A stretch of DNA of 64,000 bases from Octopus vulgaris (Eukaryota), in contig OX597817.1 in assembly GCA_951406725.2 (NCBI GenBank), positions 124,372,001-124,436,000 of the forward strand, in the 5' to 3' direction. Positions 52,504 through 64,000 of the stretch are shown piece by piece. Within the stretch, counting starts at the first letter, position 1; the number at the start of each line of letters is the position of its first letter. The position numbers and the translations under genes are program-made. The notes under the pieces are model-generated. The model was not told the DNA's origin. It did no database searches and saw nothing but the letters and a program-made list of their open reading frames with translations.

Positions 52504-52559
52504 CACATACACATACATGCATACATATATGTACACACACATATATTTATATATATATA

Positions 52560-52835
52560 TGAAATATGAACAGCCATGAGTTAGATAGATTCAGAAACAA
52601 TCTCATTACTTTCTTCCAAAGAATGGGCTTAAGAATTACAATAGAAACTAACCTAAATGATGTAGATCTTTTTAGATATTAACTTAGATTTGCAATTAGA
52701 TAAACTTAATCCCTACTGTAGTGAAAAGCTATACTATATTTTCAAAGAGACAAATCACCCACCCGTAATACTTAAGAATCTAGTTAGTAATATAGGACAA
52801 CACATATCATCATCAATATTTTCAGACGAGACAGC
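52560..52835 (+). mobile_element. Penelope-like reverse transcriptase C-terminal fossil
   Basis: FFQRMGLRITIETNLNDVD, FLDINLDL, YIFKETNHPPVILKNLVSNI. Confidence 0.78.
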
Positions 52836-53159
52836 GTTTCAATATGAGTGGATTCATTGTATGACATCTGAACTCCACATCACCTGGAGGTTCCATGACA
52901 GGACCATTTGCACATAACAACGGAAAATGTAATTTCAGTGGTAAAAAAACTGCCAAACTGGAAAGTGGCAGGACCAGACAGAATTCAAGGCTACTGGCTC
53001 AAGTGGTTCAGGTCAATACAAATTGCATTGCAATTAGACAATTGCCTACAGAGTGGTGCAGTTCTGGAGTGGATTGTAGAGTGAAAGACAACATTGTTGA
53101 TGAAAGATGAGTCAAAGTGGAATGAGGTTGGCAATTATTGATCCGTTGCTGGTCTTAAC

Positions 53160-53730
53160 CTTTTATGGAAAGTGTTAACAGTCATTCTTGCAGGGAAAAT
53201 ATATACGTTCCTTATGTAAAGCAATCTACCTCCAGTAGAACAATAGGGATGCCAAAAAGGATCCAAGGGCACCAAAGACCATCTTGTGCTAGACAAGGTT
53301 GTAAGAAAAATTGTAAACAGTACCAAAAAATCTTGTGCATGGCCGGATAAACTTTAAAAAGTTTAATAAGCAAGGAAAAGTGAAGCTGCTTACTAATTGA
53401 TCCATGTTGCTCATTTGATTCCAGGATTGTAAATAAAGAGGATGAAAAGCAAGCAAAAGATATATTCCCAAAAAATTTGAAATTGCAAGAATTTGGAGAT
53501 AAAAAAGGTAGAGGTTGTGCCTGTAACAACTGGTGTATTGGGAACTGTAAGTAAAGATGTAGACAAATGGTTGAAGGAGAATGGAATAGAATGTCGTGCA
53601 GAGATTCCATAGAAAATTTGCCTCCTAGGGATTGGAAGGATTATTAGGAAGGTCTTATGCACTTGAAAGCTCTACACGAAGCTCTACACGACATTTCATT
53701 TCATTCTCCTTCAACCATTTGTCTACTTGA
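53160..53730 (+). mobile_element. Internally deleted R4/Dong-clade LINE
   Basis: VEQ*GCQKGSKGTKDHLVLDK joined directly to CLLIDPCCSFD...VEVVPVTTGVLGTV...CLLGIGRIIRKVL. Confidence 0.82.
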
Positions 53731-55142
53731 CCTGCAGTAAAGTATTCATTCTATATTCTGCAAAAATCCAAAGAAAATTTCTAACAATTTGAGAAAACTT
53801 GTCACCAAACTTCACAATGAAATACCTGCTAACTAAATTAGCATGCATCAGCATAACACCAACAACGATTGTGGTGATGATGATAATGATACTTTTGTTT
53901 TTATAATTTATAATTTAATCTGTGATATAAGTTTCAGGAAATTCTTCAAATGAGCTGCTAGCTAAATAAATCTGTTCCTTATTTCCTTTTCGCAGCATCA
54001 ACAGTTAAAATAACAATGAAATATCATTTAAAACAAGATTTTTTTTGAAATCATACATGAAACTGACAGGTATTTTTCCACTAATTTGGCAGGACACCAA
54101 TTATATTGGTGTTTAAAGCAAAGAATTATTTTGTTGAATGTTCACTGACTCTTTTTGCATACTTGAAACACAATGCAAGCTGAAGGGAAATTCAGAGAAT
54201 GACAACTGTACCGAATATTCTTGAATGTGAAGCTGAATATTATATAAATAAGAAATCACATTTCAATAATTTTAATGATTTTTGATTGAAATATCATTGA
54301 AAATATGGAATTGTCAATCAGATTCTAAACATCAAATTTTATAAAATAAATCTTAAAATTTATCTTAGAAAATATAAGAATAAATAACAATACTAATAAC
54401 AATAATAAAAAAAAAAGTAAGAAATTATATGCTATTTTCCTGTAAAGCTTTTATTGGATTTATATTGCTTTGGTATGAAATATACCAAATTCAGCACTGA
54501 CAAATTTCTCCATTGATAGAAATGACAGCACTGGGAAACTAAGTGAGGCTAGCTCTTATATATTAATCTAAAATTATCACTTAATCACATGTATTGTTTC
54601 CCAAGCTTATCTTTTTTTTTTTTCAGGGTATGAAATCTATGCATTCATATTCGTTCACCCACTTCTAGCCAATTTAATAGGATAACATGCAGCACTTCAA
54701 GAAATTCTCAATTCAAATACTGTTGACATCTTTACATTCTTTTTTTTTCTTACAGTTTTATAGAAAGGTTATCTTTATTTTATTCCACGTGTTGCAGCTA
54801 CTCTGTTGGTTAATCATTTCAAGATAGGGTAGGATAGTATTTACACTGGAAAATATATAAACTCTACAAAATCAGCCCTCCTGCTTATTAGTATGAGCAA
54901 TATTTGTATTTCACATACAATGATGTTATTTTGACAGCTCTTCTTTCTGCCAGCTATTAGGGAGGGAGTGTGTGAGTTGATTACCTCAGTGCTCAACTAG
55001 TTCTGATTTTACTGACTCTGAAAGAATGAAAGATAAAGTCAGCTTCAATCGAATCTGAACTCAGAATGTAAAGACAAATTAAATGCCATTAAGCATTTTG
55101 CCTGGCATACTAATGGTGCTTTGTCATTATGAAGCTGGTATT

Positions 55143-55360
55143 AAGGTGGTGAGCTGGCAGAATCATTAGCATGCTGGACAAAATGTTTAGCAGTATTTTG
55201 CCTGTCACTATGTTCCAAGTTCAAATTCCACTGAGGTCGACTTTATCTTTCATCCTTCAGGGGTCGATAAATTAAGTACCAGTGAAACACTGGGGTCAAT
55301 GTAATCAACTATCCCCCTCCCCCAAATTCCAGGCCTTGTGCCTAGAGTATAAAGGATTTC
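55143..55360 (+). mobile_element. SINE family B with target-site duplication
   Basis: aagctggtatt at 55132-55142 and 55361-55371. Confidence 0.9.
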
Positions 55361-55789
55361 AAGCTGGTATTTGGAACATAAGTTAGCATAAAAAATTTGG
55401 TGGAAGGTTTTTTTTTAAATCCTTTTAAAACAGGAAGTTTGTAACATTCAACCAGAGACGGTCTCAGGTGGGATGACATCAAAAGTGTTTAAGAGTGTAA
55501 CTTTCCTTAGATAATTCTACACTATTTTAATTATAAATTATATTAATCAACATTTTCCCTAAGTCTTCTCCTCAATGTAAAAATTATTATGAACTAAGTA
55601 GGAAAGGGTTGAGAAGGATTTATCACACAGAAACATTTCACTATAATAATGTCCATAGCTGTTCCCTTGTAAATTCATTGTGTGAAATTTTTATAAAATT
55701 TCTTGAAATTATCTCCCCTTTTCTTTGAACACCTCTAACTATTTCTGCTAAGTTTATATTCCTTTCCTTGGAAAATTTCTGTTATCGTT

Positions 55790-56190
55790 TACTTTTTACT
55801 TGTTTCAATCATTGGATTGTGACCATGCCTGGGCACTGTCTTAAAAAAGGGTTTAGTTGAACAAATCAACCACAGAACTTTTTTTCTTAAAGTCTAGCAC
55901 CTATTCTTTCATTCTCTTTTTACTGAAGCACTAAGTTATGAGGATGTGAACATCAACCAGTGGCAGGGAACGAATACTCACACACATATACACACACACA
56001 TACACGCACACACACGCACACAAACACACACACACAAAGATATATGACTGACTTCTGTAAGTTTCCATCAACCAAATACATTCACAAGGTTTTTGCCAGC
56101 TCAGGGTTATAGTAGAAGACACTTGCTCATGGGGCCATGCAGTGGGACTAAACCAAGAACAATGTGGTTGGAAGCAAACTTCTTATTACA
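55790..56190 (-). mobile_element. SINE family A, diverged
   Basis: Colinear with 20081-20486. Confidence 0.82.
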
Positions 56191-57023
56191 TGTGTGCATT
56201 TATGTGTGTGTACACCATTTAATAGTACATCATTCATTAAATTATGCATTTCCAGACAATTTTCCATATTATTGATTAAACCTGGCCTTATTTTGAAAGT
56301 AATTTGGAAATTTCAACTTTTTTGTTTTTACTAAAATTTTGCTAGTCTAATTCATAATTATATTCACACTTAGTATTGATAACTCCAATGCAAAAGTACA
56401 ATCATCTGCAAACTACCACCAAAGTGTCTCAAGAAACATATTCAAACAAAATCTATCAAAGTATAAAATATATAAATGCTAATCTTATGATGTGATATAA
56501 ATATAAATTTTGTGCATTTTAAAAATTTTGCTTGCTTGTTTGTTTGTTTCTTTTTTTCTTTCTTTCTTTCTTTCTTTATATATTTCTTTATATATTATTT
56601 AATTATTTAATTCTACAGTTACTGTCAGAATTTCAAATGCTATCTTTATCATATTGAATATATCTAATCTTTTTTTTTTTTTCCCATTTGCTGACTTCTG
56701 ACTTTTATGCTATTGATATCAAATTTATTTTATCACTGAAAAAAATATATAAAAAGAAATATTAACATATCACATCATACTTTAAGATGGTAATTAACAA
56801 ACTTGTTAGAGCTTTGGATAAATTGTTTTCCAATGTGTGTTGTGGATCTCAGCATTCTGAGTTCAAGTTCAACAGATGTCAGCTTTGCCTTCATTCCTTC
56901 CAGCATCAATTAATAAATTACCAGTCCAAGATAATGTATTGTCAGAACTGTCTGAACATCTATCCCAGCTTTTTGCATTATGAAGGTAAGCTGTATAAGA
57001 TCTTACTTTTGTGCTGGACAACA

Positions 57024-57430
57024 GCAGAAAGGCTGAAAATGCTCGACCTTTATTCTCTCGAAAAACGAATACGCTGTGGTGATCTCATTCTCGCTCACAA
57101 CATCATAAGCAGAAAGTGTAACCTCTCGAAAGAGGTGTTCTTCACTCCTGCTCCAGAGCGTGGGCTGCGGGGTCACTCCGAAAAGCTCTATCTATGACGA
57201 TTTTGTCTCAATCGAAGGATAGGGGCTTTCTCCGTCTGGGTTGCGGATCCGTGGAATAAGCTGCCGGACGAGATAGGGAAGATGCCGACGACCGCTCGGT
57301 TCAAAGTCTCTCTTGACCAGAAATGGCCTGAACTCTTTGTATGACCACCCTCCCTGTACATAACTCCCTGTCCCCCTACATGGCCTTGCTTTTGCTTTTT
57401 GAGCCAATAAAAATTAAATTGAATTAAAAT
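57024..57430 (+). mobile_element. 5'-truncated CR1-clade LINE
   Basis: ERLKMLDLYSLEKRIRCGDLI...LRGHSEKL...FSVWVADPWNKLP...FKVSLD; short repeated tail. Confidence 0.88.
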
Positions 57431-58026
57431 GATGATAAAAGACTCAGGTTTTGGATAACTGCTCCTCTTCTATAAAAATTCAAAGAAAAAAATTATCTCA
57501 GCCTGAACCTTGGAGAAGAAATATCCAAGTACTGAACGATAGCATTACAAGACATATGGAGACTCCAGATATTTAAAATAATTTAAAAGTTATTGTGGCG
57601 TTTCCATGTGGCATTGCACAATTGGCCAATAAGCTTTTATTTTATTTAGAATCATAGAAGCATTGAGTATTTGACAAATGCACGAAACTCTCAGTACACT
57701 AGTATACCAAGCCATCTAATTGTTTATCAGAGGAAGCACTGTTAACTTTGTAAGTTGTAAAAGCACTTAATCATATTTGTAACATGTGGTGATGTGTTCA
57801 AATTTCTTGCTGAGTTGTGAGATTCCCCCAAAATTAAAATGTCTTAGATTTGATTTACTTATTTTATTAAGATATTAGAGATGTGCCGTAGCACTTATTT
57901 TGTTTGGTAGTGAGTTGCTACAGTTCTTTTGAGGAATTTTTGAATTAAGATAAGCACAATCATAATGAACCAATGAAGTTATAGAATTTACTATTAGTCA
58001 CATCTACAACATATGAAATAGGTAGG

Positions 58027-58258
58027 AAGGTGACGAGCTAGCAGAAATGTTAGCACGCCGGGTGAAATGTTTAGCAGTATTTTGTCTGCCGCGACGTTCT
58101 GAGTTCAAATTCCGCTGAGGTCGACTTTGCCTTTCATCCTTTCGGGGTCGATTAAATAAGTACCAGTTATGTACTGGGGTCGATATAATCAACTTAATCT
58201 GTTTGTTTGTTCTTGTTTGTCCCATCTGTGTGTAGCTCCTTGTGGGCAGTAAAGAAAT
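58027..58258 (+). mobile_element. SINE family B
   Basis: gagttcaaattccgc B box, gcctttcatcctttcggggtcgat domain. Confidence 0.92.
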
Positions 58259-58986
58259 TAGATTTGTCAGAGCATTGGGTTCTGCTATAAATATGCTGAA
58301 TTCTCTTTCATTTCTTATGATGCAGTCATTAACAGTCTAAATTTAGATGTGAAATACTAAAACCTGAAACCAAGTAATGGTGTGCATTGGGGAATTGTAG
58401 ATCAAAAGCATTGCAAAATTCACCCATTCAATTTTAGCCTTTGTTTTTATATGCTAGTATGAGTTAGATGATTTACATTTTACTTCATGTTAACTGCAGT
58501 AGGAAATTCCTTATTTGGTATACCTTCAAAAGTGCAAAGCTAGCACACATCATTAACTAGGCCTAAGAAGATCAAAATGCATCAGGTGTTCTTACTAGCC
58601 ACTGTCAGGATATTTCTTTTCCCCCCTTTCATATATACTGTGTTTTTGGCAGAGTACACAGACAATACATTTTATCTTAGATGACAACTGTAACATATTG
58701 CTTTTAAAGATATGTACATTTAGTATGATACATAGATGGCTATTTTAATTTAATGCTGCTTCAATTGTTCACACCAGGTATATATGTGCATGCATGCATA
58801 CATGTATGTATGTATGTATGTATGTGCATGTGTGTGTAGTAGTAGTAGTAGAACTACTAGCCAATTGTTAGATACATATAATGCACAATATTTATCAGTT
58901 CTGGTAATGAGGTAATGAATATATCAATGTTCTCACCTCCAGACTCTCATACAGACCAGAAGGCAAGTTCTGAGCCTAACATTGAC

Positions 58987-59019
<33 letters not shown>

Positions 59020-59130
59020 CATACATACATACATACATACATGTATGTATGTATATATATATATATATATATATTTGTATGTATGTATGAATATCTCTCT
59101 CCCCCCCTCTCTCTCTATATATATATATAT

Positions 59131-59361
59131 ATTTCTTTACTACCCACAAGGCGCTAAACACAGAGGGGACAAACAAGGACAGACAAACGGATTAAGTCGA
59201 TTACATCGACCCCAGTGTGTAACTGGTACTTAATTTATCAACCCCAAAAGGATGAAAGGCAAAGTCGACCTCGGTGGAATTTGAACCCAGAACGTAACAG
59301 TAGACGAAATACGGCTATGCACTTCGCCCGGCGTGCTAACGATTCTGCCAGCTTGCTGCCT
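59131..59361 (-). mobile_element. SINE family B
   Basis: Reverse complement of 58027-58258. Confidence 0.92.
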
Positions 59362-59614
59362 GTGGCCAACACACACATATATATACATATACATACATAT
59401 ATGTACACATGCATACACCACACACATATTATCACCAACCCTGAGCTTTATACACTTTCCATGTGCTAAATTCTACCTTGAGGCATTTATTATTTGGGCT
59501 ATAGTTGAAGATACTTGCATGCCCAACCTGGCACACTTTAAGATTGCGAAGTGAACTCCTTAAAACACTGCTGTTTTTTTAACAGTTTCTTGTATTCATA
59601 TTTGCATTAAGTAT

Positions 59615-60022
59615 TACTCTTTTACTCTTACTTGTTTCAGTCATTTGATTGCAGCCATGCTGGAACACTGCCTTTAGTCGAGCAAATCGACCCCAGAACT
59701 TATTCTTTGTAAGCCAAGTGCTTATTCTGTCGGTCGCTTTTGCCGAACTGCTAAGTTACGGGGATGTAAACACACCAGCATTGGTTGGTTGTCAAGCGAT
59801 GTTGGGGGGGAAAAACACAGACACACAAACACACACATACATATATACATATACATATATACGATGGGCTTCTTTCAGTTTCCATCTACCAAATCCACTC
59901 ACAAGGCTTTGGTCAGCCTGAGGCTATAGTAGAAGACACTTGCCCAAAGTGCCATGCAGTGGGACTGAACCAGGAAACATGTGGTTGGTAAGCAAGCTAT
60001 TTACCACACAGCCACTCCTGCA
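59615..60022 (-). mobile_element. SINE family A, full length
   Basis: Colinear with 20081-20486. Confidence 0.93.
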
Positions 60023-60481
60023 AATATTTTGTATGAATTTTTCATTGCTATTAATTTTCATTTTTATTTACCTTCTACGGTTTTTGCAAAATCAAATGAT
60101 ACTGACTGAAATATCTTGTCAGTGGTGTTGTGATTTTATTCTGTGATTTTGATAAAATTTGCTATCATGAATCAGTTGGACTGAAAATTCCATACTAATA
60201 GAAAGAAAATATTTGAATATCGGACTTAGAAGATACATGTAAATTTCCAAAATCCAATAGCTCAGAGCTAGATTCTGCAAAAAATATGTAAATAGAATGA
60301 TTGAATTTGAAAAATACACTTGGATAAATATTTATTTTGCATTGGGTAAATTAAAATTTTAGTAAGACCTTTAGTCCTTTCTGTAGTATGCATCGATGGT
60401 TTGGTTGGTTCTCTTGTATCAGACAAGTCTGGTAATTTTCACCTAATCTTACCTTTAACCACAGATTCCGATTCCTGTGTA

Positions 60482-61398
60482 TGAGGTGGTATCAAAAGCT
60501 TCTTGGACTAGTTATGTTTAAGAAAAAGTAACTTTTTTACCTAACTTTTAATATAATCTCCTTTAAAATAATCACATTGCACAGCAATAGACTGATGGCA
60601 GTGTTCCTGCCACATTTTGGAATCCAGCTTGGAAGTCGTTTTCCATAAGTGAGTCAAAGATCTGTGATTCGCTTTGAATCTTGACAGTGGTGTTTAAACA
60701 GTGACCTTTGAGCTACATTTTAATCTTGGGAAAGAGATGGAAGTCTGCAGGTGCTAAATCTAGTGAAAAAGGTGGGTATAGAAGTAATACCATTTTGTTT
60801 TGATGACAAACTCATGAGTGAGGAGAGCTCACTGACAGGGTGTATTGTTGTCATGAAGAATCCAATTCTTTGTATTCTACAGATTTGGTCGCTTTCGTTG
60901 AATGTCATCCCTGAAATGCTTCAAACTGTCACAGAAGAACTCTTGATTGATGGTCTCATCCTGGGGGACAAATTCTCGATGTGCAGTACTACATTTCTGG
61001 GTTATGACACTTGTGGCAGATCTTTCAGATTGGTCACCGTCTTCCAAGGATGTTCTTCCACTTTTGAAGAACCTGTGCCACTTGAAACATTGCATAGACC
61101 CATTGCCTCATTGCTGTAAGCTTCTAAAAGCATGCTCAATATTTCTGTAGCTGATTTCCCAAGTTTTATGCAAAATTTTATGCTGGTTCTTTGTTCCTGT
61201 TCAAGATAAAATCACAGACCACAACATGCATGTAATTATGAAAACACAAATTCTAGAACTTGTGAAATAAACAGCAATGTCATACAGCACACTGCCTCAT
61301 GAAGATCACTACTAGCTCTCATCACACATGCAGTTATGTGCTGCCATCTTTTGGTGAGCTACTGAACTAGTCCAGGAACTTTTTGGTACCAACTCTTG
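60482..61398 (-). mobile_element. Non-autonomous mariner, same family as 42941-43802
   Basis: tgaggtggtatcaaaagcttcttggactagtt / aactagtccaggaactttttggtacc ends; FKWHRFFKSGRTSLEDGDQSER...HREFVPQDETINQEF. Confidence 0.9.
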
Positions 61399-61516
61399 CA
61401 TCATATGTTCTTAATATGTACTATGTATAATTGTTGCACAGTGATGAAGTTTATTCACCTTTCACTACATTAAGCAGTTGATGGGTATCTTCTTCCTGTT
61501 TGCAAGTATAGACAGA

Positions 61517-62117
61517 CACCCTTCAGTCATGAATGACCATTGGATTGCACCTAGAATGTTACCTTGTGAGGCACAAGTCCGGGAAAGTTTATTTATGGAA
61601 GACCAGCAGTCACTCATGCATACCAGCCTCCTCTCTCCAAACCACTGATGTCACCTAATGAAAAGGCAAAGGCTGATATAGCTTAACACCAATGACATAG
61701 CAACTCATTTCTTCAGCTGAGTGAACTAGAGTGATGTAAAATAAAGTGCCTTGCTGAAGAACACAAAAAGTAATGGTAAATTTTCCTTCTCAAGTCATGC
61801 TGACTCATAAGGGCTGGTTTCTCAGTTTCCATATTGTATAAATTCTCCATCTGGATGAAATGCCTGTTTGTTGTTGGATTACACGTTTTTGCCAGCTGAG
61901 TAGACTGGAGTAATGTGAAATGAAGAGTTTTGCTCAGGAATACAATGAATTGCCCAGTATAAGAATCGAAACCACAATCTTATAATCATAACTCCAACAC
62001 CCTAGTCACTAATCCACAAGCTTTCATTCAAAAACACAACACAGCCCAATCCAGGAACTGAACTCACTACCTCATGTCTGTGAGCCCGGCACTTTAACCA
62101 CTGAGCCATATGCCTTC
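61517..62117 (-). mobile_element. SINE family D variant with a second SINE nested at ~61771-62029
   Basis: Outer element matches 46868-47174, inner matches 11019-11277; aacacaa on both sides of the insert. Confidence 0.8.
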
Positions 62118-62794
62118 TCTTGCAACTATGGCGTATTCTAATTGTTTGCACTATGGAAGATTTGGAGTAAATACTTTAAATTCTATTGCCTTTAAAAGCT
62201 ACAGTATTACCTCCTTATGTCTGCTTGCAACCAAGTGGTCCTTGATGTCTGTGAGTTACAAACCTTTGCTAAGAACACTGTATAAAAACATAATACAATA
62301 TACAACATGAAAATATATTTAAATGTATTTGTAGTCAGAGTTTGAGACAATTTGTAATTATAACCTCTTGAAATAATAGTTATATGTCATGTGATATGTT
62401 GTATAGTTTTCAAAGACAGCTGCTAAATCTATATACCCAGATGATTTCCTTTGGTCATTGCCTGATATTTAAAACAGTTTAACTGACTGAGCATGTACAG
62501 TTCTGATTGCACAGAAACTGAATAAAACTAATTTAAAGTGAAATCACAGATCTTCAATTATCTGGCATGCACATTCTTCCATGGATTTATAACAAAAACA
62601 CTCATTATAGTGCAAAGCTGGAAACAAATTCTTATATGACATACGGTGTATTACATAATTTTCTAAGAATGTGTTTCATAATTGTTTATGATTAATTATG
62701 GAAAATATTGTTTAAAGTTGTGTGTTGTCAATGGTTAGCAGAAATAGTTAGAACATTGGTCAAAATAGCATGTGTTATTTTATTTTATTCTATA

Positions 62795-63207
62795 GGCGTA
62801 GGAATGGCTGTGTGGTAAGTAGCTTGCTTACCAACCACATGGTTCCGGGTTCAGTCTCACTGTATGGCACCTTGAGCAAGTGTCTTCTACTATAGCCTCG
62901 GGCCGACCAAAGCCTTGTGAGTGGATTTGGTAGATGGAAACTGAAAGAAACCCATCGTATATATGTATATGTATATATATATATGTGTGTGTGTTTGTGT
63001 GTCTGTGTTTTTCCCCACCCCAACATCGTTTGACAACCGATGGTGATGTGTTTTCATCTCAGTAACTTAGCAGTTCGGCAAAAGCAACCGATAGAATAAA
63101 TACTAGGCTTACAAAGAATAAGTCCTAGGGTCGATTTGCTTGACTAAAGGTGGTGCTCCAGCATGGCCACAGTCAAGTGACTGAAGCAAGTAAAAGAGTA
63201 AAAGAGT
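62795..63207 (+). mobile_element. SINE family A inserted in a degraded family B SINE
   Basis: Full-length A copy; B-like halves at ~62735-62780 and ~63210-63280. Confidence 0.92.
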
Positions 63208-64000
63208 ATCCTTTCACATTTTGAGTTCAAATCCTGCCCCAGTATATCTTTAATCATTCTGAAGTCAATAAAATATGTACTTGAGTTATAGTAAACAACT
63301 GTACCATAGAAAAGAGCTACCCCAGAATGCCTAGAATTGAATGACTGAAATTAGTAAAAAAAGGCATAGAATATACCATTAAATCTTAGTCAGAGTATAA
63401 AAATTCCTAAGATATTGGTTACATTTTTTGGTATTCACAAGTGAACCTCTTGTTTTTTTTTGTTTTTTTTCTTAATATTTTTGCCTATTTACATTTCAAT
63501 GATATTTTCATTTGAATAAGGACTTCACAAATAAACTATTTCTATCCATCTGTCAGATATCATTGATTGAGATGAAAGAAAGGAAGCAAAATAAAATAAA
63601 TAAAATTTTATAAAACGTTTTATGGAACACAGCCTGGTTTTGATTTCTGTATAACATCTATTACCTCATCCTTTCCTTTCACATACTGTTACAAAGAGAA
63701 TCGCTCATTCTAAATTCGATTGGGTTAATTGCCTGTTGATGAGTGTATCCAATTAGGAAAATAGATAATTGTTAGTTAGATAAATGTTAGTCTATTATAT
63801 AAATGCTAATTAGCCTATTATTTATAATGCGATTTTAATATTTGATATAGATTGTTTGTAAAAAGGAATTTCGAAAATAATTTTCTTCATTTCTCAACAC
63901 ATCTGATAAAAGTAGTTATAACTTCCTTCTCATTTTCACATATCGTTTCCTGTTTATCTTCCACTTGTTTCAGTCACTGACTGCAACCATGCTATGGCAT

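Overview
AT-rich, microsatellite-dense eukaryotic DNA whose interspersed repeats match the tRNA-derived SINE families typical of octopus genomes (recognised from memory, not searched). I find no intact or confidently assignable host protein-coding gene; almost all ORFs in the track are microsatellite or repeat artefacts. The window is a layered transposon graveyard: at least four SINE families in many copies, CR1, RTE, R4/Dong and Penelope-like retroelement fossils, several Tc1/mariner remnants, a long fossil hAT transposase interrupted by a mariner that is itself interrupted by a SINE dimer, three TTAA piggyBac-type MITEs and a non-autonomous Helitron. The most interesting signals are RNA-structural: minimal hammerhead ribozyme motifs in Penelope-type repeats (7617-7664, 40077-40160, 38501-38535), a ~375-bp unclassified foldback with a third tandem copy (38613-39418), a CpG-rich nested-stem repeat (32700-32950), modular hairpin arrays inside one SINE family, and inverted SINE pairs. 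None amounts to a demonstrated new system; coordinates of degraded repeats are approximate.
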